Shown: positions 34,065 through 45,397, counted from the stretch's first letter. The stretch: DNA of 64,000 nt from an uncultured bacterium (GCA_963824495.1 CAWGPQ010000008.1:192001-256000); one strand, 5' to 3'. The notes: generated by a model from the letters alone, not told the origin. A program made the numbers and translations.

Positions 34065-34140
34065 TGGAGCTGGCGACTGGATTTGAACCAGCGACCTGCT
34101 GATTACAAATCAGCTGCTCTACCAACTGAGCTACGCCAGC
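34065..34140 (-). tRNA. tRNA-Thr(TGT)
   Basis: Cloverleaf with CCA end. Confidence 0.95.
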
Positions 34141-34145
34141 ACTCG

Positions 34146-34221
34146 TGGAGCGGGAAACGGGACTCGAACCCGCAACCTACAGCTTGGAAGGCTGCCGCTC
34201 TACCAATTGAGCTATTCCCGC
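34146..34221 (-). tRNA. tRNA-Gly(TCC)
   Basis: Cloverleaf with CCA end. Confidence 0.95.
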
Positions 34222-34305
34222 TTATATGTCTTTACACGTGTCAGTCCAGCCCGAGGCGAAAAAGCTTCGGCGAGCACCTAACAAATGTGCTTATATAAGC
34301 GCATT

Positions 34306-34391
34306 TGGTGGCGAGAGTAGGATTCGAACCTACGAAGGCAATTACCAACGGATTTACAGTCCGTCCCCTTTGGCCGCTCGGGAATCTCGCC
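34306..34391 (-). tRNA. tRNA-Tyr(GTA)
   Basis: Cloverleaf with long variable arm and CCA end. Confidence 0.95.
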
Positions 34392-34840
34392 GGCTTTAGG
34401 CCTTTCTTTTCTATAAGTTTACCTTTTTTCTTCTCATATATCAACCATAAGCACGTCTTTGATTTGACCTTCGATAGTACCAAATTACCACGCAGTGTAG
34501 TATTGTTTATTTCAGAATTGACGCGAAAAAAAAATTTACCTATTCTTATCTTAGTTAATTTTTTTAATTACATGACAATATTAGAATATAAAAGGTTACC
34601 TATATGAAAAGTGTACGTTTTCCCCTAGCCATGGCACTTGCTATCCTAAGCTCTTTACCTATTCACGCTTCAGATTTAGTAGGAAAACCACGCCGCGTCC
34701 TAGAGAACAGATACCTCATCATCTACGAGTAGCTCGAGGTGTGCTTGGTGCTTTGGCGGCAAAAAAGCTCTTAATCTCTCACTTTCCAAACATCAAGGCC
34801 AAAGCAAATCATTGAAACTTTAACTATGGAGGCATAACAC

Positions 34841-35866
34841 ATGAACCATCGCATCAAACTACTTCTTACAGCCTTATTTTTAACATGCTATTCTTCAATA
34901 ACACCCTTGGCAGCCTTTGACTTTGGCAATAATTGGAAACAAAAAACTATTACTGCATTGAGCTCGTTGCTTGCTTATAATCTATCAATAAGAGGTTTGC
35001 TAGAAAGTGCTTATTTTCCAATTAAACTATCCGGTTATCCTGATATGCCAGAAAGCGCTGATTCTTGGTGCCGTGAGCAACTTAAAGAAGTTGAAATATC
35101 TAACATTGATACCCTTACGCTTAAAGAAACGCCCGAATTTCCTATCTATGCTGCAACCAATATACCACGGGGACTACATGCTCATCCTGTTCTAGTTCAA
35201 GAGCTTGTACAAGCAATTAAAGACTATGCAGAACAAACTGAGCTTAAAGAGCGTGATCCTGACAATTTCGACCAGAAAAAGCTTACTCTTGCAAACACAG
35301 TTCTCTCTACACATCGCTTTATCATACACCATGAAGCAGGTCATTTACATAAAAATCACATGACAAAACGTGTAACTGCTTATAGTAGCGGTTTGCTTAC
35401 ACTACCCCTTTTTCTAAAGGCACTTGGAAGTATTAGCCATAACCGTTGGATGAGTAGACTACTTTTAGGATTTGCTCATGCATCAGCGCTCGGTATCGCA
35501 ATCAACTTTTACGCTCGCTCTCAAGAGCGAGAGGCTGACGAATTTGCTATAGCCCATTCCCCCGCCGAAGACCTAAAAGCTGGCGCTGCATACTTTGATT
35601 ACCTTCATAAAATACTAGCATCGGCTCCAACATTTAAAAGCTTGCTTGACAGTAAAGCATATGAATCGCTCGATGATCTTAAAAATCAAAATCCATGGTT
35701 ATTTGAGTCGATCGCGTATGGAATTGATCCACAGCATCCAGCTTCAACACACAGGGCTCAACGCTTTTTAGAAGCTGCAGCTGAACTTGAGCACACTACA
35801 AATAATAGCATCCCAGATTCATTAGATTCAGTTGAAGTTGGCAATCAACCTGAGCAACAAGCTTAA
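34841..35866 (+). CDS. Secreted M48-like zinc metalloprotease
   Basis: Signal peptide, HEAGH, EREAD, HPASTHR. Confidence 0.7.
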   Translation: MNHRIKLLLTALFLTCYSSITPLAAFDFGNNWKQKTITALSSLLAYNLSIRGLLESAYFPIKLSGYPDMPESADSWCREQLKEVEISNIDTLTLKETPEFPIYAATNIPRGLHAHPVLVQELVQAIKDYAEQTELKERDPDNFDQKKLTLANTVLSTHRFIIHHEAGHLHKNHMTKRVTAYSSGLLTLPLFLKALGSISHNRWMSRLLLGFAHASALGIAINFYARSQEREADEFAIAHSPAEDLKAGAAYFDYLHKILASAPTFKSLLDSKAYESLDDLKNQNPWLFESIAYGIDPQHPASTHRAQRFLEAAAELEHTTNNSIPDSLDSVEVGNQPEQQA

Positions 35867-35886
35867 CTCACCATGCTCAGGGACAG

Positions 35887-35929
35887 CAAAAAAGCCTTCT
35901 CTTAAGTATTAAAGAAAGAGAAGGCTTTT
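35887..35929. terminator. Bidirectional intrinsic terminator
   Basis: AAAAGCCTTCTCT..AGAGAAGGCTTTT between convergent genes. Confidence 0.7.
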
Positions 35930-35947
35930 AAATTTAAAGTTTAAGGC

Positions 35948-36934
35948 TTACTCGGGCTTTACGCCTGCAGCTTGCATACGTTCAAAAACACCTATGATAG
36001 CCGTTGATATTGGTTGAATATCGGGAAATTGCTCAAGTAACTTGCTTGCATCAAGTTCGTTATTGGATCGCCCTGCTTTTAATATCTTTGCTTGTTCTTC
36101 AAGGCTAAAGTTCTCATAGGTAAAATTAGGGTCAATATACTGCTTGTATACATCAAGTATCTGGTTATGTGATATTGTACCCGGATTTACAAAATTATAT
36201 ACGCCTTTTAAGCCTCTTATAGTCATTTCGATAGCAAGGGGAAGAAGCTCATGTAAAACCGACATAGAATTAGGAACATTAACTACTTTTTTATAGTGGG
36301 TAATCTTGGTAATAAAATTACGAGCATGTAAATCATCTGAGATAGGCATACGCAATCTCAAATTAAGCACGTTTGGATAATCTTGTAAAAGCTTATCGAG
36401 CATGATCTTTGTTTTTGAGTAATAAGAACCGGCAAAATTAGGCTCATCGGTCTCTTTAAAGCCCTTGCCGCTTCCTAAGGGGTGCTGTTCGTCATACTCG
36501 TAAATACAGCCAGTCCCAAAATTTGTCATCGGTATAGAACGCTCAAAGCATATATCTGCTAGATTAAGAGCACCAATAATATTAGCACGTATCGTTTCTT
36601 GCTTATGATCTTCACACCAATCAACGTTAGGCCGTCCTGTCACTCCGGCAGCATTTATAACAAAATCAGGCTCAAAACTATCAATTTCTATTTTGATAGC
36701 GTCACGGTTTTCAAGACGAGTACTCTTTGCCGCTGCTTTGCCTTTATAGGCTGGGTTCTGAGCTAAAAGCTCAAGTATCTTACCACCGATCCAGCCCTCT
36801 CCTCCAAAAACGAGAAACTTAAGGGGTTTTGAGCACAGTTGATTGTCTTCACATGTTTGTGCTGTAACAGCAGCAATAGCAGTAAAAAGCATGATGCTCG
36901 TGAAACACACACGCATATTCTTAATCATAATCAT
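35948..36934 (-). CDS. NDP-4-keto-6-deoxyglucose 3,5-epimerase/4-reductase (NRS/ER type) with N-terminal extension
   Basis: FGGEGWIGG, GRPNVDWCEDHK, GTGCIYEYD, YSKTK, LRLRMPIS. Confidence 0.85.
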   Translation of the reverse strand: MIMIKNMRVCFTSIMLFTAIAAVTAQTCEDNQLCSKPLKFLVFGGEGWIGGKILELLAQNPAYKGKAAAKSTRLENRDAIKIEIDSFEPDFVINAAGVTGRPNVDWCEDHKQETIRANIIGALNLADICFERSIPMTNFGTGCIYEYDEQHPLGSGKGFKETDEPNFAGSYYSKTKIMLDKLLQDYPNVLNLRLRMPISDDLHARNFITKITHYKKVVNVPNSMSVLHELLPLAIEMTIRGLKGVYNFVNPGTISHNQILDVYKQYIDPNFTYENFSLEEQAKILKAGRSNNELDASKLLEQFPDIQPISTAIIGVFERMQAAGVKPE

Positions 36935-37018
36935 ACGTCATCTCCCTAAAAATCAGGACGAAATTACCGTAATACACCGTAATACAGGCTGATGCTCTAT
37001 GTCAAGAGGTGCGTAAAT

Positions 37019-37456
37019 TCAGCTATCGGTAATCTCATAGCGAAGACGTCGACGGTCATAGCCATGATAATCGACAACTATATGACATGCTTTTTTTTGA
37101 ACAAGAGGCATGATAATCTCTGGCCATTCGATGAGCGCCCAAGTAGTGGGTATGTATAAGTATTCGTTAAAACCTGCATGCGTAAATTCTTGAAGATTCT
37201 TCATGCGATATAAATCGAAATGATAAAATTCTTGATCTTGATCATTAGAATATATACTAAGATAGGTAAACGTAGGGCTTTGAATAACGTCTTGCGTTAC
37301 ATCAGCATAACGCAAAAGTGCTTGTATAAGCGTTGTCTTTCCTACACCCATAGGACCAGCTAGCGTCATCACTGAGCAGAGGGGTAGTATTTCGTAAAGA
37401 TCGCTGGCAACATCTTCAACAACATCGAGCGAATAGATAAGTTCATGCGTTCTCAT
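37019..37456 (-). CDS. tsaE: tRNA t6A biosynthesis ATPase TsaE
   Basis: GPMGVGKTT, SPTF, HFDLYR, IEWPE. Confidence 0.95.
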   Translation of the reverse strand: MRTHELIYSLDVVEDVASDLYEILPLCSVMTLAGPMGVGKTTLIQALLRYADVTQDVIQSPTFTYLSIYSNDQDQEFYHFDLYRMKNLQEFTHAGFNEYLYIPTTWALIEWPEIIMPLVQKKACHIVVDYHGYDRRRLRYEITDS

Positions 37457-38112
37457 AATTTTTTAACCAATTTGTGTAACTTTTTATCTTTTTTAGAAAA
37501 TTTTTGAGAAGCTCGTGGCAGCTCGCTCTCTATATCTTTAATAACAACCCATGAACTTGCACGTTCCATGAGCACATCAAGTTCAGGTGTACTTTCATAG
37601 TTTGCCATTTTTTGAGGTGCTTCGGTGCTTTTTACCACACGAACAAGAGATGTTTGAGTCACAGTTCTTATAAAATTATAGAACTCTTGAGCATTAATGG
37701 GAAGTGCTTTGTATTGTTTGGCATATACTTGCACATCTCTGTCCGATGAAACAACAACTACACTCTCTGCTTGGTTTTGTGCTTCGTACCGTATAATAAG
37801 TGACTTGATAACATCATCGGCAGTCATACGCTGTCCTGAATAGACTACGGTTACCCCATCTTCTTTGAAGAAGGCAGGATAATCATAAGATCCTCCATCG
37901 AAAACAATAACTGCCTCATGGTGCTTGGTGGCAGCATAACGAGCTACTTCACGAATAAAAGCCTTCCGCTGATCCTCTGAAACATGGAGAGCCTTACCAG
38001 TATATTTGAGAATATTGTACGCATCTATCAGTATAATCATGCCATGTAAGCACTTTCTATTTGCTAAAGCATAAAAAAATATTACACTAATAGAATAGTC
38101 TATTCTAACCAA
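37453..38112 (-). CDS. NYN-domain (YacP-like) RNase; true start probably 38040
   Basis: LIDAYN, VFDG, TADDVI, VVSSD. Confidence 0.8.
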   Translation of the reverse strand: MVRIDYSISVIFFYALANRKCLHGMIILIDAYNILKYTGKALHVSEDQRKAFIREVARYAATKHHEAVIVFDGGSYDYPAFFKEDGVTVVYSGQRMTADDVIKSLIIRYEAQNQAESVVVVSSDRDVQVYAKQYKALPINAQEFYNFIRTVTQTSLVRVVKSTEAPQKMANYESTPELDVLMERASSWVVIKDIESELPRASQKFSKKDKKLHKLVKKL

Positions 38113-38130
38113 AAGTTTAAGGTTTGAGCT

Positions 38131-38985
38131 ATGCCTCAGCTTATACAGTTGCGCCAGCGCATTACAGCGATCGAGACCATTAAGAAAACGACGAACGCTA
38201 TGCGCCTTATTTCTATGTCGATGCTTTCACGGCTCCGGGCCCAAAAGGCACATTTTGATAGGTACAAGCACGAGGTTGATAATCTCTTAGCTGAAGTAAT
38301 ACTTCTTGTACCCTCAGCGGCTACCCATCAAGTTATCTCTCAGGAGTCTAATAGACATCTTATTATTATCGTTGGCTCACAGAAAGGGCTGGCAGGTGTA
38401 TTTAACGTGGGCCTTGCACAATTCTTTATGGAAGAAGCTCTGCCGTTACCAAAATCAACTGAGCTTGTAGCAGTAGGCAAACAAATTATACAATTCTTGC
38501 GCGCACATAGCATCATTCCGGATAACACGTATCCTACGTTCAGTGCTTCTAATTTTATTACTATCGCTCATGATCTTGTGCAGAAGATTACGAATACACC
38601 CTATGCTACTGTTACCATTTATAGCACATATCCTCGAACATTCTTTATCCAAAAACCCCACAAGACTCGTATCGTACCGTTTACGCCGCCGCTATCGACA
38701 GCTCCAGCAAGACAGCACACTGTCCACAATTATATATGGGAGCAATCACCTGAAGCAACGTACGAATATTTACTCAAACTCTCTCGCAAAGTCATGCTTC
38801 AGCAAGCACTTTTAGAATCATTACTTGCTGAGCAATCGTCACGATTTCTTTCAATGGATGCAGCAACACGAAACGCTGATAATCTTTTAGCAACTATGAG
38901 ACTTGATTATAACAGATTACGCCAAGCAAACATTACACGTGAGTTAACCGACCTCGTTGGAAGTACGCTCGCAACTGAGTCATAA
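38131..38985 (+). CDS. atpG: ATP synthase gamma subunit (stand-alone)
   Basis: KTTNAMRLIS, KGLAGVFN, EQSSRFLSMDAATRNA, RQANITREL. Confidence 0.93.
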   Translation: MPQLIQLRQRITAIETIKKTTNAMRLISMSMLSRLRAQKAHFDRYKHEVDNLLAEVILLVPSAATHQVISQESNRHLIIIVGSQKGLAGVFNVGLAQFFMEEALPLPKSTELVAVGKQIIQFLRAHSIIPDNTYPTFSASNFITIAHDLVQKITNTPYATVTIYSTYPRTFFIQKPHKTRIVPFTPPLSTAPARQHTVHNYIWEQSPEATYEYLLKLSRKVMLQQALLESLLAEQSSRFLSMDAATRNADNLLATMRLDYNRLRQANITRELTDLVGSTLATES

Positions 38986-39003
38986 ACCGGACTAAGTCCC
39001 TTG

Positions 39004-40281
39004 TCACTCGCTTTTAACCGTTATATGTGCACCTAATTGGGTAAGCTTGTGCTCAAGATCTTGATAGCCTCTGCGCAGATGATGAACACCGGTCATGATA
39101 GTCTGGCCTTGTGCAGCAAGTCCCGCAATAATCAAGCCAGCAGAAGCTCGAATATCAGTTGCAATGACATGGGCGCCATAGAGCTCATCAACACCCTTTA
39201 TAGATGCAGTTGTCCCCTCAACAGTAATTTGTGCACCCATTTTTTGAAGTTCTCGTACGTGAATCAGCCTATTCTCAAACACTGTCTCATGAATAATGCT
39301 TGTGCCTGATGCTATGCATTGAGCAGCCATCATAGGCGCCTGTAAATCTGTAGGGAAACCTGGATAGGGCATAGTCTTAAATGACACTGCTTTAGGCGAT
39401 CGTGTAGCCGTAAACCTGACACCTTTACCATTATCATCTTGCACAACACTATGACCCATTTCCGCAAGCTTTTCCAAAAAGACATCGAGAGCATAAGCCG
39501 GAGCTTGCGGTATACGTATGTTGCCTCCGGTAATAGCAGCCGCAAGCAAAAGCGTACCCGCTTCAAGACGATCTGGCATAATTTCGTGCTCAATGGGATA
39601 TAATTCAGTAACACCTTGAACTTCAAGAAGTGCCGGTGGCTGAATATCAATATGAGCTCCCATCTTACGTAGTACTGTAATTAAATCAAGTACTTCAGGT
39701 TCAATTGCTGCATTAACGATCCGTGTTGTACCAGGTATAAGCACCGCCGCCATAAGAATATTTTCCGTCGCTCCAACGCTGGGGTACTCAAGAACACAGC
39801 GATAAGGTTGCAAGCTTGATGCATGTGCAGTAAGGAATTCTGCCTTTTGTTCAATATAAGCACCCATCTGCATGAAAGCCTTTAAATGCAAATCTATAGG
39901 TCGCGATCCAATAAGATCTCCACCAGGCAGAGCGACTTGAGCACGACCATAGCGTGCCAAAAGTGGACCCATGACTAAAATAGATGCACGTATTTTCCTC
40001 ATAATATCAGGGCTTACGGTGTAGCTCTGTATAGAACGCGTATCGATATCAAGCATACGGCATGCCGTATCAAAGTAAACAGTTGCACCCAAACTTTCCA
40101 GAAGTATTATCATTTGATACACATCATCAGAGCAAGGGACATTAGTCAAACGTGATGTGCCTGACGTCAATATAAGCGAAGCCATAATAACCAAAACGGC
40201 ATTTTTAGCCCCAGCAATTGTGACTTCACCTTGAAGTGGGCGACATTGGTCAATAACAATATAAGGGTTTGACATATACAA
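39004..40281 (-). CDS. murA: UDP-GlcNAc enolpyruvyl transferase (Asp in place of the active-site Cys)
   Basis: GAKNA, RASILVMGPL, LPGGDLIGSRP, PGFPTDLQ. Confidence 0.96.
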   Translation of the reverse strand: MYMSNPYIVIDQCRPLQGEVTIAGAKNAVLVIMASLILTSGTSRLTNVPCSDDVYQMIILLESLGATVYFDTACRMLDIDTRSIQSYTVSPDIMRKIRASILVMGPLLARYGRAQVALPGGDLIGSRPIDLHLKAFMQMGAYIEQKAEFLTAHASSLQPYRCVLEYPSVGATENILMAAVLIPGTTRIVNAAIEPEVLDLITVLRKMGAHIDIQPPALLEVQGVTELYPIEHEIMPDRLEAGTLLLAAAITGGNIRIPQAPAYALDVFLEKLAEMGHSVVQDDNGKGVRFTATRSPKAVSFKTMPYPGFPTDLQAPMMAAQCIASGTSIIHETVFENRLIHVRELQKMGAQITVEGTTASIKGVDELYGAHVIATDIRASAGLIIAGLAAQGQTIMTGVHHLRRGYQDLEHKLTQLGAHITVKSE

Positions 40282-40553
40282 AACTTTCTTTAAAACAGTT
40301 TTAACTCCACTAAGCTTTTCAGTATACTATAGACAAAGAAATAATGCTTAAGCAGTGTCAGTTGCTATTTTCTGCCTTTTCGTGCTATACTAACTAATGA
40401 GTAATACTGTCTGTTTATTAATGAGAACTCTATGTTCTCCTGTTATGTCTAAGGAAAGGTGTTTGAGAGAAGAACTATAAAGAATTATCCCCTTAAAATC
40501 GCTGTGTGCTTTATTAAGCACGTTTTTTAATTTTTTTTGAGTGAGTTATACTA

Positions 40554-40916
40554 ATGAATATTTATGTAGGAAATATTTCTCGAACAGTTACCGAAGACGC
40601 TTTGAGAACTAAATTTGAACAATATGGTACTGTTACTAACGTACGAATTATGCGTGATCGCATAACGCAAGAGCCACGTGGATTTGCTTTTGTCGACATG
40701 CCGGTAGCCGAAGAAGCAGAGAATGCCATTGCGAATTTAAATAATCAAGAGTTAGATGGCAACCGCCTACGCGTTAATGAAGCTCGTCCACAAGAAGACA
40801 GAGCACCTCGTTCAAACGGTGGTGGTATGGGTGGCGGTTATCGTCCGGGTGGTGCAAGCCGTCCTCGTACCGGTGGCGGTATGGGTGGTGGCAACGGTGG
40901 TGGCTGGAGAAGATAA
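40554..40916 (+). CDS. RRM RNA-binding protein with Gly-rich tail
   Basis: IYVGNI (RNP2), RGFAFV (RNP1). Confidence 0.93.
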   Translation: MNIYVGNISRTVTEDALRTKFEQYGTVTNVRIMRDRITQEPRGFAFVDMPVAEEAENAIANLNNQELDGNRLRVNEARPQEDRAPRSNGGGMGGGYRPGGASRPRTGGGMGGGNGGGWRR

Positions 40917-40953
40917 ACGTTACTACGTTACAGCCACTTTATTTGAAATAAAC

Positions 40954-40987
40954 ATGAGGGCCAGTAGTTATAACTACTGGCCCTCAT
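40954..40987. terminator. Perfect 34-bp palindrome between convergent genes
   Basis: ATGAGGGCCAGTAGTTATAACTACTGGCCCTCAT. Confidence 0.65.
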
Positions 40988-41002
40988 ATCGTTTTTGCTT
41001 AA

Positions 41003-42058
41003 CTAGCGCAACAATCTTCGATACTTTTCCATACAATCACGTGGATCAGAATAACGCAACCTATCACCTTGAAATAATTTGAGGGCTGCTTTCATACATC
41101 TGGTAATTTTGATATTACGTCGTTTATCATTAAAATCAATCAAAACTAGTTTGGTACCTTGTAAAACCATATTACCAATAATAGCATCATTATGATCGGG
41201 GTTACGCTCCTGCAATAACTGTAAATTATGCCGAATAACGCTGTCAGACGGATGAACAAAACGAAGCATAAAAGCTGTTTGCAAGTTTATACCACGACAG
41301 TAATCAGTCGGCTGCACGTCACTTTTGTGTATACTTTTGTGTAATTTCTTCTCGCTAAATGTGCTTGTAACAGGATAGCGAGGCTCAGCTGCTCGTGCCT
41401 TACGCCACAAATTCCAACGTGCTATGTCAAGACCCTTCTTATTTGTTTCAAACAGATATAATACTGTTTCAGGTCTCTCAAGCTTCAACTTAACTACATG
41501 CTGCGCAATGCAATCTTCAAGAGCTTGTGCTGTAGTATGCCGCATTTCCATAAACACGAAATCACCTAATGTGAGAAACACATTAAACGTTTCAGCACGA
41601 CTTCTCCGCTCAAAAAAATGCTCAAGATTTCGTACAAGCACAATATCAAGATGCTCGCAACGACCAAGTGTTTCGATAGTGTCATAATAAAACTCATGAG
41701 GACTTAAGACGATAACGTTAGAGAACGCATGTCGTACAATACGCTCTTGCTCTTTAGTGTCATGTTTTTTGAAGAGCGTTACGTAACATACATCTTTAGT
41801 TTTTTTCGGCGCCAATAATGTACAGTAGGTATCTACATCATCACCGAGTATCTCCAAAATGGTCAAAGGCCGTGTGTACTTATTAACTAATGACTCAAGT
41901 GCTTGATAATAATCGATAGCTTCTTTAGCTTCTTCATGAGTTGCTTCATAAGTTGCTTCATGTAGGGGCTGATCGGACGCTAACGTTAATGGGCAAATTT
42001 CACCCACTACAAAAGTCAAAAGAATAAAAAATAAACCCTTAATACCATACACGTTCAT
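41003..42058 (-). CDS. Hypothetical secreted protein
   Basis: 351-aa ORF with signal-like N-terminus and RBS. Confidence 0.6.
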   Translation of the reverse strand: MNVYGIKGLFFILLTFVVGEICPLTLASDQPLHEATYEATHEEAKEAIDYYQALESLVNKYTRPLTILEILGDDVDTYCTLLAPKKTKDVCYVTLFKKHDTKEQERIVRHAFSNVIVLSPHEFYYDTIETLGRCEHLDIVLVRNLEHFFERRSRAETFNVFLTLGDFVFMEMRHTTAQALEDCIAQHVVKLKLERPETVLYLFETNKKGLDIARWNLWRKARAAEPRYPVTSTFSEKKLHKSIHKSDVQPTDYCRGINLQTAFMLRFVHPSDSVIRHNLQLLQERNPDHNDAIIGNMVLQGTKLVLIDFNDKRRNIKITRCMKAALKLFQGDRLRYSDPRDCMEKYRRLLR

Positions 42059-42148
42059 GGATCCCCTTTTTTTAGAAATACACTAAAATTACGTTGTACA
42101 GTATAGAATTCACATTAAAAAACGTAAAGTAATTACGCCATAAGCTTA

Positions 42149-42697
42149 TTAACGTACTGATATAATCGTACCATTAACTATATTACCGGTAACAATAGAT
42201 GCTCGTGAGCGGTAGACCTTGCCTTGAGCGCCATTAAATAGTACTGAGCCATTAACTACGGTAGAACCCTTAAGCCATACTTCAGGTTTACTCTTACTGT
42301 CAGGATCACTTTTGATTACAATATCGCGTACGCGAGAGTTAATAAGAGATATACTTCCAGAAACTGTTATGTTATCATGAGCTGTGCTAGATACTGCGCT
42401 TAACGCGCCATTACTAGTAACCGGCTTATCAAATACCGTTGATTGAGCCTCTAGAGCACCATAAACACATAGAGCCCCATGAATAGTTGATGAAGAAAGA
42501 ATCGCAGCACCGTAAATAGTGACATCTTGTGCATCGAGATTAGTGCCCGTAAATGCACCATAGATCGTAAGCGGTTCTTGTATAGTCTTATTGGTATACA
42601 AGCACCTACCAAATGCACTCGCACTCTCCGCCAGAAAATAATTCCAACCTACAAATCCTATTATGCCTACAAGAATAAGAACCGCTATATTTTTCAT
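42149..42697 (-). CDS. Exported beta-helix/bactofilin-like protein
   Basis: Signal anchor and repeated (I/V)YGA and I.G strands. Confidence 0.55.
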   Translation of the reverse strand: MKNIAVLILVGIIGFVGWNYFLAESASAFGRCLYTNKTIQEPLTIYGAFTGTNLDAQDVTIYGAAILSSSTIHGALCVYGALEAQSTVFDKPVTSNGALSAVSSTAHDNITVSGSISLINSRVRDIVIKSDPDSKSKPEVWLKGSTVVNGSVLFNGAQGKVYRSRASIVTGNIVNGTIISVR

Positions 42698-42796
42698 AAT
42701 AAAATCATTAATAACATCGTGAATAAAATCGTAGTAAAAGATGCCCTAAAGAAAAAGCCTCAGTTGTTTGTACAACATGAGGCTTGGTATATTAAA

Positions 42797-42912
42797 CCCT
42801 GGCAGTACCTACCTTTCCAGTCCGTTTCCAGACAAGTATTATCGGCGTTGCAAGCTTAACTGCCGTATTCGGAATGGGAACGGGTGTTTCCTTGCAACTA
42901 TACCCACCAGAG
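42797..42912 (-). rRNA. rrf: 5S rRNA
   Basis: Conserved CCCGTTCCCATTCCGAA core; terminator hairpin follows at about 42752-42785. Confidence 0.93.
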
Positions 42913-43440
42913 TAATTTTTATATCTTATTTACTTGCGGTTGAAATATTTGTAATACAATAGCCCATAAAATCTTTACCCGAAAGTCATTAAGAGTGACT
43001 AAAACTCTCGACCTATTAGTACTGGTTAGCTCAACACATTACTGTGCTTACACACCCAGCCTATCAACCTTGTAGTCTTCAAGGGGTCTTATATGCTCGC
43101 TTGCGCGAGCAATGGGGTATCTTATCTTGAGGCGAGTTTCCCACTTAGATGCTTTCAGCGGTTATCTCTTACGAGCTTAGCTACCCAGCGTTGCTTGTGG
43201 TAAACAACTGGAACACCAGAGGCTCACCCATTCCGGTCCTCTCGTACTAGGAACAGCTTCTCTCAAATACCCTACGCCCACGACGGATAAGGACCGAACT
43301 GTCTTGCGACGTTCTGAACCCAGATCACGTACCGCTTTAATTGGCGAACAGCCAAACCCTTGGGACCTTTTCCGGCCCCAGGATGCGATGATCCGACATC
43401 GAGGTGCCAAACCTCCTCGTCGATGTGGACTCTCAGAGGA

Positions 43441-43474
<34 letters not shown>

Positions 43475-43921
43475 ATTGAGCAATGGCCCTTCCATGCGGA
43501 ACCACTGGATCACTAACTCCTGCTTTCGCATCTGCTCGACTTGTAGGTCTCGCAGTTAAGCTCCCTTGTGCGTTTACGCTCTACCGACGATTTCTATTCG
43601 TCTTGAGGGAACCTTTGAATGCCTCCGTTACTTTTTGGGAGGCGACCACCCCAGTCAAACTGCCCACCAGACACTGTTCTCCGCCCGGCTTACGGGATCG
43701 AAGTTAGATCTTCAAACTAATAAGAGCGGTATTTCAAGGTTGACTCCACTGAAGCTAGCGCCTCAGCTTCACAGTCTCCCGCCTATCCTACACATATCGG
43801 CCCGAAAATCAATGTCAAGTTGCAGTAAAGGTGCACGGGGTCTTTCCGTCCAGTCGCGGGTAACCGGCATTTTCACCGGTACTACAAATTCACTGAGTAT
43901 ATCATTAAGACAGCGCCCAAC

Positions 43922-43962
<41 letters not shown>

Positions 43963-43979
43963 GACTTCGCTACCTTAGG

Positions 43980-44226
43980 CATTTGTGTTAACTCTATGTC
44001 GCCATAGAGATCGGACCATATCTTTATGTCGTAATTAAACGACACGTTCGGCGTGTGGTCTCTGAGGATTCTCTTAAGATCTAGACTAAGATTTTAAGAG
44101 CCTTTCCTGCTGATTGTCTCCACCTGATGCATTATCACTGCTCTTAAGAGCAAGTAGCACAGGATGCTCGAGATGTTCCAGCATATAGCCAAATTTTAAA
44201 ACGGCCACTAACGGCAGCAGTTATCA
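43980..44226 (-). ncRNA. Group I intron at 23S position 1923 (E. coli numbering), 247 nt, no ORF
   Basis: Follows exon U and ends in G; P AUGCUGGAA, Q AAUCAGCAGG, R UCAGAGACCA, S AAGAUAUGGUCC; guide GCCGUU pairs with exon AACGGU. Confidence 0.92.
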
Positions 44227-44232
44227 ACCGTT

Positions 44233-44529
<297 letters not shown>

Positions 44530-45325
44530 CAATTCAATGCTTTGCTTTACAGCTAACATCTCCTATTAACCTTCCAGCACTGGGCAGGCGTCAGACTCTA
44601 TACATCCTCTTACGAGTTTAGCAGAGCCCTGTGTTTTTGTTAAACAGTCGATTGGGCCTCTTTGTTGAAACCTAGCATTGCTTCTAGATTACTCCAGGCA
44701 CAATGCAGGCACCTCTTATCCCGAAGTTACGAGGCTATTTTGCCGAGTTCCTTAATGATACTTATCTCAACGCCTGAGCATTTTCAGCCCGTCTACCTGT
44801 GTCGGTTTGCGGTACGATTACTTTCACGACTCGCTAGAGGTTTTTCTTGTCAGTGTGAGATCAGTTGAATACACTTTGTCACTAGGACTTAGCATAACCG
44901 TAACACCTCAAGGATAACGACCGCACGGATTTACCTATGCGATCCCTCTTAGTGCTTAGCTTGGCAATCCATACGCCAAGTCAACCTGCCCTCCTGCGTC
45001 ACCCCTTCACTCAAATGCCGGAAAGTAGTGCAGGAATATTTAACCTGCTGTCCATCGCCTACTCCAATTGGCCTCGGCTTAGGTATCGACTAACCCTGAG
45101 CGGATAAACCGATCTCACGGAAACCTTAGACTTACGGCGAATAGGAATCTCACCTATTTTTTCGTTACTTATACCAACATATTCACTTCTCTGGTCCATC
45201 ACCTGTCTTTCCAGTCAAGCTTGTATCTACCAGAGAACGCTCCCCTACCCCTACACTATATAACTATAATGTAAGCCATAGCTTCGGTAATTCGTTTGAG
45301 CCCCGCTCGTTTTTCAGCGCAAAAA

Positions 45326-45397
<72 letters not shown>

